Positions 17,906-27,884 of a stretch of DNA of 64,000 nt are shown here, in pieces. Each line of letters starts with the position of its first letter. Within the stretch, counting starts at the first letter, position 1. The position numbers and the translations under genes were made by a program. The DNA is from Rhodomicrobium sp. (GTDB taxonomy: Bacteria > Pseudomonadota > Alphaproteobacteria > Rhizobiales > Rhodomicrobiaceae): positions 13,247 through 77,246 of the forward strand of contig JANNOQ010000095.1 of NCBI GenBank assembly GCA_031399085.1, read 5' to 3'. The notes beneath the pieces were generated by a model. That model saw nothing but the letters and a program-made list of their open reading frames with translations, was not told the DNA's origin and made no database searches.

Positions 17906-18922
17906 TCAACCGTTGGCCGCAGCTTGCGGGGCTGTGTGCGCGATGTTCAAATCGACGAGTTCAGAGGGCTTGGCAACCGAATGCCGGCCGACTGGCCCTA
18001 ATGCCGATGCGGCCAAGTAAGCAAACCGTTTTGCTTCAGCTCGAGCGCGCGCAACGGAATCCAAAATAAGACCGCAAGCAAACAAAAGGGCGGCAAAAAC
18101 GACGCAGGCAACGGAAACGATCAGCGTAGGAAAGCGCGGCACTAGACCCGTCTCCAGATATACAATCAATACTGGAACGAAAATGATCAACCCTGCGAGC
18201 GCCACGAAGAAAGACAGCGTCGAGAAAAACAGAAATGGTTTCTCTTCTTTGACCAGCAAACCGATCATTTGCAAAATCACGATTCCATCACGAATGGTAT
18301 TGAGTTTGCTTCTCGAACCTTCCGGGCGCACACCGTACCGAGTGTCGACCTCGGCGGCGGGAAGGCGCATTTGCAAGGCATGCACTGTCAATTCCGTTTC
18401 GATCTCGAATCCCCGTGAGACCGCCGAAAAGGACTTAACAAAGCGGCGGCTGAAAACGCGGTATCCGGTCAGCATGTCGCGAAAGCCATGCCCGAAAGCC
18501 AATCTGACAAGTCCAGTCAACAATCGGTTTCCAAAACTATGCCCACGCCGAAAGGCTTTGGTATCCGTCGATCTTCTCGCACCGCAGACCATGTCCAAAT
18601 GATCGTCGATTAACTTCTGTACGAGCATCGGTGCGGCTGTCGCATCGTAAGTTCCGTCGCCGTCGACCATGACATAAACATCGGCGACGACATCGGCGAA
18701 CATGCGTCTAACGACATTGCCTTTGCCTTGGTAGAACTCCCTCCTTATGATGGCGCCAGCAGCGCGAGCCACCTCGGCCGTTCCGTCCGATGAGTTATTG
18801 TCGTAGACGTATATCTCGCTCTCCGGGAGGGCGTGTCTGAAGTCGCGGATGACCTGAGCGATCGTACTCTGCTCGTTGTAGCAAGGTATCAAGACAGCTA
18901 CACGCGGCTGAAATATTATCAT
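17906..18922 (-). CDS. family 2 glycosyltransferase, polyprenyl-phosphate type (GtrB/ArnC/DPM1-like architecture)
   Basis: Lies in ORF 17906..18991; the likely start is ATG 18922 (MIIFQPRVAVLIPCYNEQSTIAQVI). It has the DxD motif (VMVDGDGTYD) and two C-terminal TM helices (FLFFSTLSFFVALAGLIIFVPVLIVYL; LIVSVACVVFAALLFACGLILD). Hand-counted lines are about 47-55% GC, lower than the neighbours. Confidence 0.85.
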   Translation of the reverse strand: MIIFQPRVAVLIPCYNEQSTIAQVIRDFRHALPESEIYVYDNNSSDGTAEVARAAGAIIRREFYQGKGNVVRRMFADVVADVYVMVDGDGTYDATAAPMLVQKLIDDHLDMVCGARRSTDTKAFRRGHSFGNRLLTGLVRLAFGHGFRDMLTGYRVFSRRFVKSFSAVSRGFEIETELTVHALQMRLPAAEVDTRYGVRPEGSRSKLNTIRDGIVILQMIGLLVKEEKPFLFFSTLSFFVALAGLIIFVPVLIVYLETGLVPRFPTLIVSVACVVFAALLFACGLILDSVARARAEAKRFAYLAASALGPVGRHSVAKPSELVDLNIAHTAPQAAANG

Positions 18923-19114
18923 TCGATTACCAAGAACCGTACTTTGTGAACGATGCGAGATGAAGAAACGCTTTATAGAGTTGGTCCGCAATTTATAAAG
19001 AAGTCAATTAGGGCTTTCTGGCGAATTTCATCCTTTTTCGGTAAGCACGACTACCCCTTGGGAGACAAGATAGTGGATTTCCGCTTCCCTCTATCCCCAA
19101 ATGCGGGCGGTAAT

Positions 19115-20446
19115 TTACCCCGAAATTAATCTATATACCGCGTCAGGCCTGCCGACGCTGGAATAGGAGAACCCGCATTGCCGGGCGTATTCCGGCCGAA
19201 ATACGTTGCGCAGATCGACCAGCACATCGCCGCGCATTTGCCTCTTCAGCGCGCGAAGATCGAGTGCGCGGAACTCGTTCCACTCAGTAAGCACCACGGC
19301 AATATCGGCGTCCTTAGCCGCTTCAAGCGCACTGGTGCACCATACGACGCCCGGCAGCAGCGGCTCTGCCTGCTTACGTCCCTGCGGATCATAGGCGTTG
19401 ACAATGCCTCCACGCTCGACAAGCAGCGGCACGATCACGAGGCTCGGAGCCTCGCGCATATCGTCGGTGTTCGGCTTGAAGGTTACGCCCAATATGGCCA
19501 CGCGCTTGTCGCGAATGCTGCCGCCGGCCGCACGTTCGATGCGTGCCGCCATGGCGATTTTGCGCTCGGTGTTCACCTTCTCGACCTGCTCGATGATGGT
19601 CATCGGCGAGCGGGCCTCGCGCGCTGTACGGATCAGGGCCGCGACGTCCTTGGGGAAGCAGGAGCCGCCGTAGCCCGGGCCGGGATGCAGAAATTTGTCG
19701 CCGATCCGCCGGTCGGAGCCGATCGCGTTCGCCACTTCCTGAACATTGGCGCCGACCTCGTCGCAAATATCGGCGATCTCGTTGATGAAGCTGATCTTCG
19801 TCGCGAGGAAGGCGTTGGCGGCATATTTCGCCAGTTCGGCGGATTCGCGGCTGACGAAAATGATCGGCGCGTTGCGCAGACGCAGCGGTTCATAAACGCG
19901 CTCCATGACTTGACGCGCGCGGTCGTCGTCGGCACCAACCAGGACGCGGTCCGGATGGCTGAAATCCTGAATGGCGGAGCCTTCCCGGAGGAATTCCGGG
20001 TTCGAGCAAACGGCGAAATCGGCATCGGGGCGGAGTTCGCGAATGCGGCGCTCGATCTCGCGGCTGGTGCCTACGGGGACGGTCGATTTCGTCGTGATTA
20101 CCGTAAAGCCGCTCAAATGCGGCGCCAATTCATCGACCGCCTTATAAACGTAGCTGAGGTCGGCATAGCCGTCGCCCCGGCGCATCGGCGTACCAACAGC
20201 AAGGAAAATTAAGTCCGCGTCTCTCGCGGCGGCTGCGAGGTCGGTGAAGAAATGGATGCGGCCCTTTTCGGCATTCCGCGTCAGCAGCTCTTCCAGACCC
20301 GGCTCGAAAATTGGGATTTGGCCCTGCCGCAAGCGGTCGATCTTATCGGGGTCTTTGTCGACGCAATTGACCGTCCAGCCGAATTCGGAAAAGCAGACGG
20401 CCGAAACAAGGCCGACATAGCCCGCACCGATCATGCAGATATTCAC
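19115..20446 (-). CDS. ugd: UDP-glucose 6-dehydrogenase
   Basis: 443 aa with the Rossmann motif MIGAGYVGLVSAVCF and the catalytic GGSCFPKD. Confidence 0.93.
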   Translation of the reverse strand: MNICMIGAGYVGLVSAVCFSEFGWTVNCVDKDPDKIDRLRQGQIPIFEPGLEELLTRNAEKGRIHFFTDLAAAARDADLIFLAVGTPMRRGDGYADLSYVYKAVDELAPHLSGFTVITTKSTVPVGTSREIERRIRELRPDADFAVCSNPEFLREGSAIQDFSHPDRVLVGADDDRARQVMERVYEPLRLRNAPIIFVSRESAELAKYAANAFLATKISFINEIADICDEVGANVQEVANAIGSDRRIGDKFLHPGPGYGGSCFPKDVAALIRTAREARSPMTIIEQVEKVNTERKIAMAARIERAAGGSIRDKRVAILGVTFKPNTDDMREAPSLVIVPLLVERGGIVNAYDPQGRKQAEPLLPGVVWCTSALEAAKDADIAVVLTEWNEFRALDLRALKRQMRGDVLVDLRNVFRPEYARQCGFSYSSVGRPDAVYRLISG

Positions 20447-20458
20447 GGCGGCGTTCCT

Positions 20459-21355
20459 TTAAACGTGGGCAACGAATTCTTCTGCCCGATAACCCTGCAG
20501 AAAGAGAAGGGCCGTAAGGTCGCCGTGGTTAATCCGGGCTTTTGCCTCAGCGGCGACAATCGGCTTGGCGCGGAAGGCGACGCCGAGGCCAGCGGCCTTG
20601 AGCATGGCAAGGTCGTTCGCGCCGTCGCCGACGGCTATCACCTCTTTCAGGCCGATGCCGGCGATGACGGCCTCTTTCTCCATGGCTTCGAGCTTCGCGT
20701 TCTGCCCAAGGATCGGATCGGCGACGCCGGCGATCGCGCCATGCTCGAATACGAAACTGTTGCCATAGTCCACATCGAAGCCGGCACGGTCAGCCACCGC
20801 ACGGGTAAAAAACGTAAAGCCCCCGGAGACAAGCACTGTCCGGTAGCCATTCGCACGCATGGTTCCGGCAAGCTCTCTCGCGCCGGGAGCCAGCGTAATT
20901 TGCCGGTCGAGCACCTCCCGCAGCTTCGCCTGCGGAAAGCCGTGCAACAGCCCGATGCGCTCTCTTAAGGCGTCCTCAAAGGGCAATTCGCCTCGCATGG
21001 CGCGTTCGGTGATCGCGGCGATCTTCGGCCCGATGCCAGCGAGCTTTGCCACCTCGTCCAGACATTCCTGCTGAATGATGGTTGAATCCATGTCGGCGAC
21101 CAGCATACGCTTGCGCCGGCCCTCGACGGGCTGGATGACGCTGTCGATGGGTGCGTTCGGCGGGATTGCCGCGACTGCGTGACGGGCAAGGGCAAGCGCC
21201 GCATCGTCGGGGGCGCGAAAAGCGATGTCGCAGGCTTCGGGCGCAAGCCAAAATGGCGGATGAGCGGCGCCGATCGCGGCCCGAAGATCGTCCGCCGTGG
21301 CGGCAATGAGGTCGTGAGCGCCAGGAGCGCCGATGAGTGTCAGAACATGGGACAT
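20459..21355 (-). CDS. serB: phosphoserine phosphatase
   Basis: 298 aa with an N-terminal ACT-like part and HAD motifs (VADMDSTIIQQECLDE, GDGANDLAML). Confidence 0.9.
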   Translation of the reverse strand: MSHVLTLIGAPGAHDLIAATADDLRAAIGAAHPPFWLAPEACDIAFRAPDDAALALARHAVAAIPPNAPIDSVIQPVEGRRKRMLVADMDSTIIQQECLDEVAKLAGIGPKIAAITERAMRGELPFEDALRERIGLLHGFPQAKLREVLDRQITLAPGARELAGTMRANGYRTVLVSGGFTFFTRAVADRAGFDVDYGNSFVFEHGAIAGVADPILGQNAKLEAMEKEAVIAGIGLKEVIAVGDGANDLAMLKAAGLGVAFRAKPIVAAEAKARINHGDLTALLFLQGYRAEEFVAHV

Positions 21356-21377
21356 GTGCGATTAGGCGCCGAATGCA

Positions 21378-22271
21378 ATGACAGGCCGAATGCCGAAAAC
21401 TCTCTTCACACTTATTGCAGGACCAACGGCCAGCGGCAAGTCCGCTCTCGCCGCTCGGCTTGCGGGCGAGCGCGGCGCGCTGATTGTGAACGCTGATTCT
21501 ATGCAGGTTTACAAGGAGTTGCGTATTTTGACCGCGCGCCCTGCGGCAGTGGAGGAAGCCGCCCTGCCGCACCGGCTTTACGGCTTTCGCCCGGGCTCTG
21601 AGCCTTACTCCGTCGCCGGATGGCTTGAGGATGTCGACCCGCTGATCGCCAATGCGCGCGAGGGCGGGCCGCCGCTGGTGATCGTCGGCGGCACAGGGCT
21701 TTATTTCAAGGCGCTGCTGGAAGGTCTGTCGCCCGTGCCGGAGATCCCCGAGGCCGTGCGCAGCCATTGGCGGGCCGAGGCGGCAGCCAAGGACAGCGCG
21801 GCGCTTCATGCCGACCTGCGCGACCGCGACCCGGCGATGGCCGCGCGGCTCGCGCCTTCCGACCCTCAGCGCATCGTCAGGGCGCTCGAAGTTCTTGATG
21901 CGACGGGCCGGTCGCTGCTCGACTGGCAGCAGGTCAAGGGCAAGGCCCTGATGAGCACCGGCGAGACCGAGCGGCTATATGTTTGTCCGCCCCGTGAGCT
22001 GCTTTATGCGCGCTGCGACGCCCGGCTCGATGGAATGCTGGCGGCCGGCGCCCTCGATGAAGTGCGGCGCCTGCGCAATCTCAAACTGGATGCATCTCTT
22101 CCGATCATGCGGGCGCTCGGAGTGCGGCCGCTTCTTGCATGTCTCGATGGGCTGCTCGATTGCGAAGCAGCATTGGCGTTAGCAAAGATCGACACGCGGC
22201 AATATGCCAAAAGGCAGATGACATGGGCGAGAAGCAATATGATTACGTGGAAGACGCTTAAAACGCAATAA
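21378..22271 (+). CDS. miaA: tRNA dimethylallyltransferase
   Basis: 297 aa with the P-loop GPTASGKSALA and typical MiaA motifs (DSMQVYKELRILTARP). Confidence 0.93.
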   Translation: MTGRMPKTLFTLIAGPTASGKSALAARLAGERGALIVNADSMQVYKELRILTARPAAVEEAALPHRLYGFRPGSEPYSVAGWLEDVDPLIANAREGGPPLVIVGGTGLYFKALLEGLSPVPEIPEAVRSHWRAEAAAKDSAALHADLRDRDPAMAARLAPSDPQRIVRALEVLDATGRSLLDWQQVKGKALMSTGETERLYVCPPRELLYARCDARLDGMLAAGALDEVRRLRNLKLDASLPIMRALGVRPLLACLDGLLDCEAALALAKIDTRQYAKRQMTWARSNMITWKTLKTQ

Positions 22272-22456
22272 ATGAAACGAATGCGTTGCAAAAACGTTTC
22301 TTTTTGTGCGCAAAATAGGTTGACGCTGACCGGTCACCGCCTTATCTGTTGACCTCGTCTTCGGCTCTTGCCTCAAAAATGGGTGCGGCGAGCGCTTTTC
22401 TTATGCAGAATGCCAGGCTTCGGGGCGATGCCTGAAACTGAGTGGGAGTTTGCGTC

Positions 22457-24223
22457 ATGGCTCGCATGATGACCGGCGCGGAGATCGTGCTGGAAGCACT
22501 GTTCGACCAGGGCGTCGAGGATATTTTCGGTTATCCGGGCGGCGCGGTGCTCCCGATCTATGATGAGCTGTTCAAGCAAAACCGCGTTCGCCACATTCTC
22601 GTTAGGCATGAACAGGGCGCGGCGCACGCGGCGGAGGGTTATGCCCGCTCGACCGGCAAGGTCGGCGTGCTGCTCGTCACCTCCGGCCCCGGCGCCACCA
22701 ACGTCGTCACCGGCCTCACCGACGCGCTGATGGACTCCATTCCGCTCGTTTGCCTCACCGGTCAGGTTGCCACGCATCTCATCGGCAATGACGCCTTCCA
22801 GGAATGTGACACGGTAGGCATTACCCGCCCGTGCACGAAACACAACTATCTCGTCCGCGACGTGAACGATCTGGCGCGCGTGCTGCATGAAGCGTTTTAC
22901 GTGGCCAAGAGCGGGCGGCCTGGCCCCGTCGTCGTCGATATTCCCAAGGACGTGCAGTTCGCCAAGGGCACCTATATCGGCCCGAGCCGCGTGGTTCACA
23001 AAACCTATCGGCCGCAGCTCAAAGGCAACGCCACCGCCATCCGCGACGCTGTCGATATGATGGCCGGGGCGAAGCGCCCGCTGTTTTACACCGGCGGCGG
23101 CGTCATCAATTCCGGCCCGGCCGCCAGCCAATTGCTGCGCGAATTGGTGCAGCTCACCGGCTATCCGATCACCTCGACCTTGATGGGCCTCGGCTCTTAT
23201 CCAGCCGACGACAAGCAGTGGCTTGGAATGCTTGGAATGCATGGCACCTACGAAGCCAACATGTCCATGCATGATTGCGACGTGATGGTGAACATCGGCG
23301 CGCGCTTCGACGACCGCATCACGGGGCGGCTGGATGCCTTTTCCCCCGGCTCGCGCAAGATCCATGTCGATATAGACCCGTCCTCGATCAATAAGACGGT
23401 GAAGGTGGATATCCCCGTCATCGGCGACTGCGCGCATGTGCTGGAAGAGATGATCCGCGTCTGGCGCGCCCGCGCACCGCAGACCGACAAGCCGGCGCTG
23501 AAGAAATGGTGGACGCAGATCGGCGAGTGGCGCGGGCGCAACTCGCTGGCCTACAAGCAGCGCTCCGACGTCATCATGCCGCAATATGCGATCCAGCGGC
23601 TGTATGAGCTGACCAAGGACAAGGACGTTTACATCACGACCGAGGTCGGCCAGCATCAGATGTGGGCGGCGCAATATTTCAAGTTCAACAAACCGAACCG
23701 CTGGATGACATCGGGCGGGCTGGGCACGATGGGCTATGGTATTCCGGCCGCCGTCGGCGTGCAGACCGCGCACCCGCACGCGCTGGTGATCGACATTGCG
23801 GGCGAGGCGTCCGCGCTGATGACGATTCAGGAAATGTCGACCGCCATGCAGCACAATCTGCCGGTCAAGATTTTCATCATCAACAATGAATATATGGGCA
23901 TGGTGCGCCAATGGCAGGAGTTGCTCCATGGCGGGCGCTACTCCCATTCCTACTCCCATTCGCTGCCCGATTTCGTAAAGCTTGCCGAGGCTTATCACTG
24001 CGTCGGCCTGCGGGCGGACAAGCCGGACGAGCTGGACGATTTGATCATCCAGATGATCGAGACACCCAAGCCTGTAATCTTCGATTGCCGCGTGCACAAG
24101 CTGGCGAATTGCTTCCCGATGATTCCCTCGGGCGCGGGGCATCACGAGATGATGCTTGCCGACGATTTCCCCGGCGACGACATCGATTTCATGGTGTCGG
24201 AAGAAGGCAAGGCGATGGTGTAG
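22457..24223 (+). CDS. ilvB: acetolactate synthase (acetohydroxyacid synthase) large subunit
   Basis: Lies in ORF 22442..24223; the start is probably ATG 22457 (MARMMTGAEIV). ThDP-binding motifs include GGLGTMGYGIPAAVG...NNEYMGMVRQWQ. It is followed by the small subunit gene. Confidence 0.95.
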   Translation: MARMMTGAEIVLEALFDQGVEDIFGYPGGAVLPIYDELFKQNRVRHILVRHEQGAAHAAEGYARSTGKVGVLLVTSGPGATNVVTGLTDALMDSIPLVCLTGQVATHLIGNDAFQECDTVGITRPCTKHNYLVRDVNDLARVLHEAFYVAKSGRPGPVVVDIPKDVQFAKGTYIGPSRVVHKTYRPQLKGNATAIRDAVDMMAGAKRPLFYTGGGVINSGPAASQLLRELVQLTGYPITSTLMGLGSYPADDKQWLGMLGMHGTYEANMSMHDCDVMVNIGARFDDRITGRLDAFSPGSRKIHVDIDPSSINKTVKVDIPVIGDCAHVLEEMIRVWRARAPQTDKPALKKWWTQIGEWRGRNSLAYKQRSDVIMPQYAIQRLYELTKDKDVYITTEVGQHQMWAAQYFKFNKPNRWMTSGGLGTMGYGIPAAVGVQTAHPHALVIDIAGEASALMTIQEMSTAMQHNLPVKIFIINNEYMGMVRQWQELLHGGRYSHSYSHSLPDFVKLAEAYHCVGLRADKPDELDDLIIQMIETPKPVIFDCRVHKLANCFPMIPSGAGHHEMMLADDFPGDDIDFMVSEEGKAMV

Positions 24224-24275
24224 CGGCTTGTGAAACGCCTGACGCCATGCTTGGCCAAACCCTAGAGACATCGGA

Positions 24276-24797
24276 ATGACAATGACCATCCGCCAGGACA
24301 TTCGCGAGCAGCACACATTGGCCGTATTGGTTGACAATGAGCCAGGCGTGTTGGCGCGGGTCATCGGCCTGTTCTCGGGTCGTGGCTATAATATCGACTC
24401 GCTCACGGTGTCCGAGACGGTGCAGGAGAAGCATTTGTCCCGCATCACCATCGTCACCACCGGCTCGCCGATGGCCATCGAGCAGATCCGCAATCAGCTC
24501 GACCGGCTGGTGCCGGTCCACCGGGTCACGGACATGACCGTCAGCGGCAATCCCATTTCGCGCGAGCTGGCGCTGGTGAAGGTTGCGGGGAAGGGCGAGA
24601 AGCGGGTGGAGTCGCTGCGGCTGGCCGAGGCATTCCGCGCCCAGGTCGTCGATGCCTCGACGGAGCATTTCGTCTTCGAAATCACCGGCCGGATTTCCAA
24701 AATCGACCAGTTCATCGCGCTCATGCAGCCAATCGGCCTCGTCGAAGTCGCCCGCACCGGCGTCGCCGCGATCACGCGAAGCCCGGCCGCAATGTAA
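24276..24797 (+). CDS. ilvN: acetolactate synthase small (regulatory) subunit
   Basis: 173 aa with an ACT domain (HTLAVLVDNEPGVLARVIGLFSGRGYNIDSLTV). Confidence 0.93.
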   Translation: MTMTIRQDIREQHTLAVLVDNEPGVLARVIGLFSGRGYNIDSLTVSETVQEKHLSRITIVTTGSPMAIEQIRNQLDRLVPVHRVTDMTVSGNPISRELALVKVAGKGEKRVESLRLAEAFRAQVVDASTEHFVFEITGRISKIDQFIALMQPIGLVEVARTGVAAITRSPAAM

Positions 24798-25080
24798 GTC
24801 GGCGGGCCGAATTCCTCTAAAACCCACCTTGCGCCACATTTAGGCGGCATATGCTTGGTTAGCGCGCGGCGTCGAGCCGTTATAACCGCTCCTTAAGCGC
24901 GCGCTCCGCTCGAAGCCGACACCGGCCTCCATCACCCCGGCCGACTGCGGCCTGACGGTCTCGGGATCATCCGGAACCGCCCGTTGGTATCGCGTTCCAA
25001 GTCCTGCTCAACTCTGCACGATGCATGTTCCGCGCCAGGCGTTTTTGTCGCTGGGCAGTCGGTCCGAAAGGAAGTTCGTT

Positions 25081-26349
25081 ATGTGGTCGCTTTCAGTCAA
25101 AGTTTTCGCGATGTCGGCGTTGATCAATGCATTCGCTCTGCACAGTGTCGCCGCGGCCGATCTCGGTGGACATTGCTGCGCCGAACTCGATGAGCGTGTG
25201 GCGGAATTGGAAGCGGCATCCGCCCGCAAAGGCAATCGCCCGGTCTCGCTGACAATTTCGGGCGAGGTCAACCGGGCGCTTTTAATCTGGGGCGACGGCA
25301 CCGATTCCGACGCCTATGTGGTCGATAATGCCGCCCCCGCCGAAGCCTCAAAACTCAGTTTTTCCGGCGATGGTCAAATCTCGCCAAGCTGGGCGACCGG
25401 TTTCATCGTCGAGCTGGGCTTCACGGACTCATCTTCGCTGTTCGTCAATCAGACCAATGACGAAGGCCCCGGCGAAACCGCCTTCGAAACGCGGCTTGCC
25501 AATTGGTACATCGAAGGCGACCGCTTCGGACGGATTACGCTTGGTCAGCAAAGCTCGGCGACCGATGGCATCACCACCATCGATCTCTCCCGGGCCAAGA
25601 CCGATCCCGTCACCTGGCACAATAAATCCTTCGGCATCCGCGACGGGAATGGCGATTACACCGGCCTGACCTGGGGCGATGTAGCCTGGGGCCTAGAGGG
25701 CTATAAGGGCGATTTCCTCCGCTACGACAGCCCAGTGCTCTACGGCTTCGTCGCCTCGGCGGCATGGGGCGAGAATGATAGTTGGGATGCGGCCGTGCGT
25801 TTTCAGCATGAGTTAGATTCGGTGCGCATCGCGGCCGGCGCGGGCTATCTATGGGTTGGCGACGACTCGACCGTGAGCTTCTATCCGAATGAAACCAAGA
25901 TCGCGAGCGGGTCGATCTCCGTCATGCATGTACCAACTGGGCTGTTTGGCAATGCCGCCGCTGGCGAGGCCGATCGGTCAGGCGGCGGACTCACCAGCGC
26001 GGCCAATCCCGACGATGGCACTATGTGGATGGCTCAGGCTGGCTGGCAGAAGCGAGTGACCGCCTATGGCGCGACCACGCTTTACGGTGAATATGGCCAA
26101 TATCACGATATTCTGCTCGGCTATTCGGGATATGCAGGCAGCGGTAGCCCCTCCATCGCGCCTGAGAGCATTACCGGCTCCGATGTCTCACGCTGGGGCG
26201 TCGGCGCGGTGCAGCAATTCGATGCCGCTGCCTTAGAGATGTACGCGGTGTTCAACCATTTCGACGCCGAAATCCGCACGGCGCAGACCGTCAATACGGC
26301 GGCGGAGCCTTGGTACGGCGTCGTCGTCGGCTCGCGTTTGAAGTTCTAG
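25081..26349 (+). CDS. outer-membrane porin (alphaproteobacterial porin family)
   Basis: Lies in ORF 25021..26349. ATG 25081 has GAAAGGAAG upstream. It has a signal peptide ending ...HSVAAA. The N-terminal CCAELDERVAELEAASARKGNRPVSLTISGEVN is characteristic of Rhizobiales porins. The body is Gly/aromatic-rich with beta-strand character and ends in a C-terminal Phe (SRLKF). Confidence 0.8.
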   Translation: MWSLSVKVFAMSALINAFALHSVAAADLGGHCCAELDERVAELEAASARKGNRPVSLTISGEVNRALLIWGDGTDSDAYVVDNAAPAEASKLSFSGDGQISPSWATGFIVELGFTDSSSLFVNQTNDEGPGETAFETRLANWYIEGDRFGRITLGQQSSATDGITTIDLSRAKTDPVTWHNKSFGIRDGNGDYTGLTWGDVAWGLEGYKGDFLRYDSPVLYGFVASAAWGENDSWDAAVRFQHELDSVRIAAGAGYLWVGDDSTVSFYPNETKIASGSISVMHVPTGLFGNAAAGEADRSGGGLTSAANPDDGTMWMAQAGWQKRVTAYGATTLYGEYGQYHDILLGYSGYAGSGSPSIAPESITGSDVSRWGVGAVQQFDAAALEMYAVFNHFDAEIRTAQTVNTAAEPWYGVVVGSRLKF

Positions 26350-26367
26350 CGCAGAATAAGTTTGGAT

Positions 26368-26457
26368 GGAATCCGTCAGCGCTATCCAATTCAGTTGTCA
26401 TCCCCGCGCAGGCAGGGATCCAATATCTACGGCTGTTTCAATGAATTACTGGATTCC
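26368..26457. repeat. REP/MITE-like palindromic intergenic element
   Basis: GGAATCC (26368-26374) and GGATTCC (26451-26457) form an IR. They flank an inner ATCCC-N10-GGGAT hairpin (26400-26419) of the gtcatccccgcgcaggc-agggatcc type, which is common in alphaproteobacterial intergenic DNA. Confidence 0.45.
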
Positions 26458-26491
26458 GGTCTAAAGAGGCGAACGATAGAACACTCGGCGC

Positions 26492-27244
26492 CTACTCCCT
26501 GCGTGACAGAAAATCGAGCACGCCTTTTTTATAGCTCAGATCGCCGACGCTCTTCATATGGTCGCGTCCGACGATTTCCAGGAACTCGGCCCGCGGAATG
26601 ATCGCCGCCAATTCCGGGCCCGAGCCCGCGATCACATCGTCGGTGCCGACCGCGATGAGCACCGGCTTGCGGATCGTGGCGAGCTGCTCGGGCGCGATCT
26701 TGTCGCGCGATGAGCGGATGCAGGCGGCCAGCGCCCGCCGGTCGCTGCGGGTCTGTTCGGCGAAGACGCGGAAGCTGCGGGCCGCATCGCTCTTGATGTC
26801 CTCCGCATTCGGCGCCTCCAGCGCGGCGGCGATCGGCTCCGGCGCGCCGACGCCGCGCACCATATTGATGCCGAGCCCGGCGAAGATCACGCTGCGCACC
26901 CGCTCGGGATGCGCAAGGGTCAGGAAAGCCGCGATGCGCGCGCCCATCGAGAAACCCATCACGTCAGCGCGCGGAAGGCCCAGATGGTCGAGCAGCCGGC
27001 GCGCGTCCGCAGCCATGACGCCCGCGCCGTAATCCGCCGGATCGTAGAGCTTCTCGCTTTGGCCGTGGCCGCGATTGTCGAAGGCGATGACGCGGAACCC
27101 GGCGCCGTTCAAGGTCTTGATCCAATTGGTGTTGCGCCAATTGACGGTGCTGTTCGAGGCAAATCCATGCAGCAGCAAAATGGGTTCACCCTCGCCTTCG
27201 TCGAGGAAGGAGATGTTGATGCTGTCGGACTCAAATCGCTGCAT
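26492..27244 (-). CDS. alpha/beta fold hydrolase
   Basis: Lies in ORF 26492..27340; the likely start is ATG 27244 (MQRFESDSINISFLDEGEGEPILLLHGFAS). The nucleophile elbow is GFSMGA. Confidence 0.85.
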   Translation of the reverse strand: MQRFESDSINISFLDEGEGEPILLLHGFASNSTVNWRNTNWIKTLNGAGFRVIAFDNRGHGQSEKLYDPADYGAGVMAADARRLLDHLGLPRADVMGFSMGARIAAFLTLAHPERVRSVIFAGLGINMVRGVGAPEPIAAALEAPNAEDIKSDAARSFRVFAEQTRSDRRALAACIRSSRDKIAPEQLATIRKPVLIAVGTDDVIAGSGPELAAIIPRAEFLEIVGRDHMKSVGDLSYKKGVLDFLSRRE

Positions 27245-27487
27245 AAAATGCGCCTTTGGCAAATCCAAGATATGGAAACAATCGGGGATAGTGGCGTTGA
27301 TTTCCGAAAAATTTGGGAAATCCAACAATATCGGTGACACCGATTCAAGCTGACCGGATCATCCTCCAATAACGAGCAGCGTCAACGCTGGTTGCGCTAC
27401 TATGCCAGATTCTGCAAGATTTCTCGGCGGATTTGGTCCGTTCGTCATCGGAATGCCATCCTTGCAAAGCATTGCGTGCATTTAACG

Positions 27488-27871
27488 ATGCAGGAGAGTG
27501 TTTTGGTCAAATCTTCGAAGCCGAAAACATTTAGCGGCGGCTGCCATTGCGGTCAGGTTCGTTACGAAGTCCGCTCAGATCTGAATAGCGTAATCTCTTG
27601 CAATTGCTCGATCTGCTCCAAGCGCGGCTCACTGCTAAACTTCGTGCCGGCCTCCGAGTTCGAGCTTAAAACGGGCGGCGAGAGTTTGATCGATTACCAA
27701 TTCCACAAGCACGTCATTCACCACCTGTTCTGCTCCACTTGCGGCATTGTCTCCTTCGCCAGGGGGATCGGGGCGGATGGGAGCGAGATGGTTGCCGTAA
27801 ATGTACGCTGTCTCGACAATATCGATCTTGCCTCGCTCACAATCACGCCCTTCGACGGCAGCAGCCTTTAA
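27488..27871 (+). CDS. GFA family protein (glutathione-dependent formaldehyde-activating / CENP-V-like Zn-binding)
   Basis: Lies in ORF 27392..27871; the likely start is ATG 27488. The Cys pattern is CHCGQVRYEV...CNCSICSKRG...FCSTCG. Confidence 0.85.
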   Translation: MQESVLVKSSKPKTFSGGCHCGQVRYEVRSDLNSVISCNCSICSKRGSLLNFVPASEFELKTGGESLIDYQFHKHVIHHLFCSTCGIVSFARGIGADGSEMVAVNVRCLDNIDLASLTITPFDGSSL

Positions 27872-27884
27872 GCCGCTTGTGAGC

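Noticed and set aside
22272-22456. Possible ilvBN leader peptide or attenuator: 16-codon sORF MGAASAFLMQNARLRGDA and the hairpin CAGGC-N11-GCCTG.
   Set aside because: The sORF has no run of Ile/Leu/Val codons, and the hairpin lacks a U-tract. A TTGACG-17-TATCTG promoter-like sequence (from 22319) is plausible, but I have no evidence for attenuation.
22373-24364. 663-aa ORF on the minus strand spanning the whole ilvB gene.
   Set aside because: It is antisense to a textbook acetolactate synthase gene. Its translation is Arg/His/Ala-rich with no recognisable motifs. It is a typical stop-codon-poor shadow frame of high-GC DNA.
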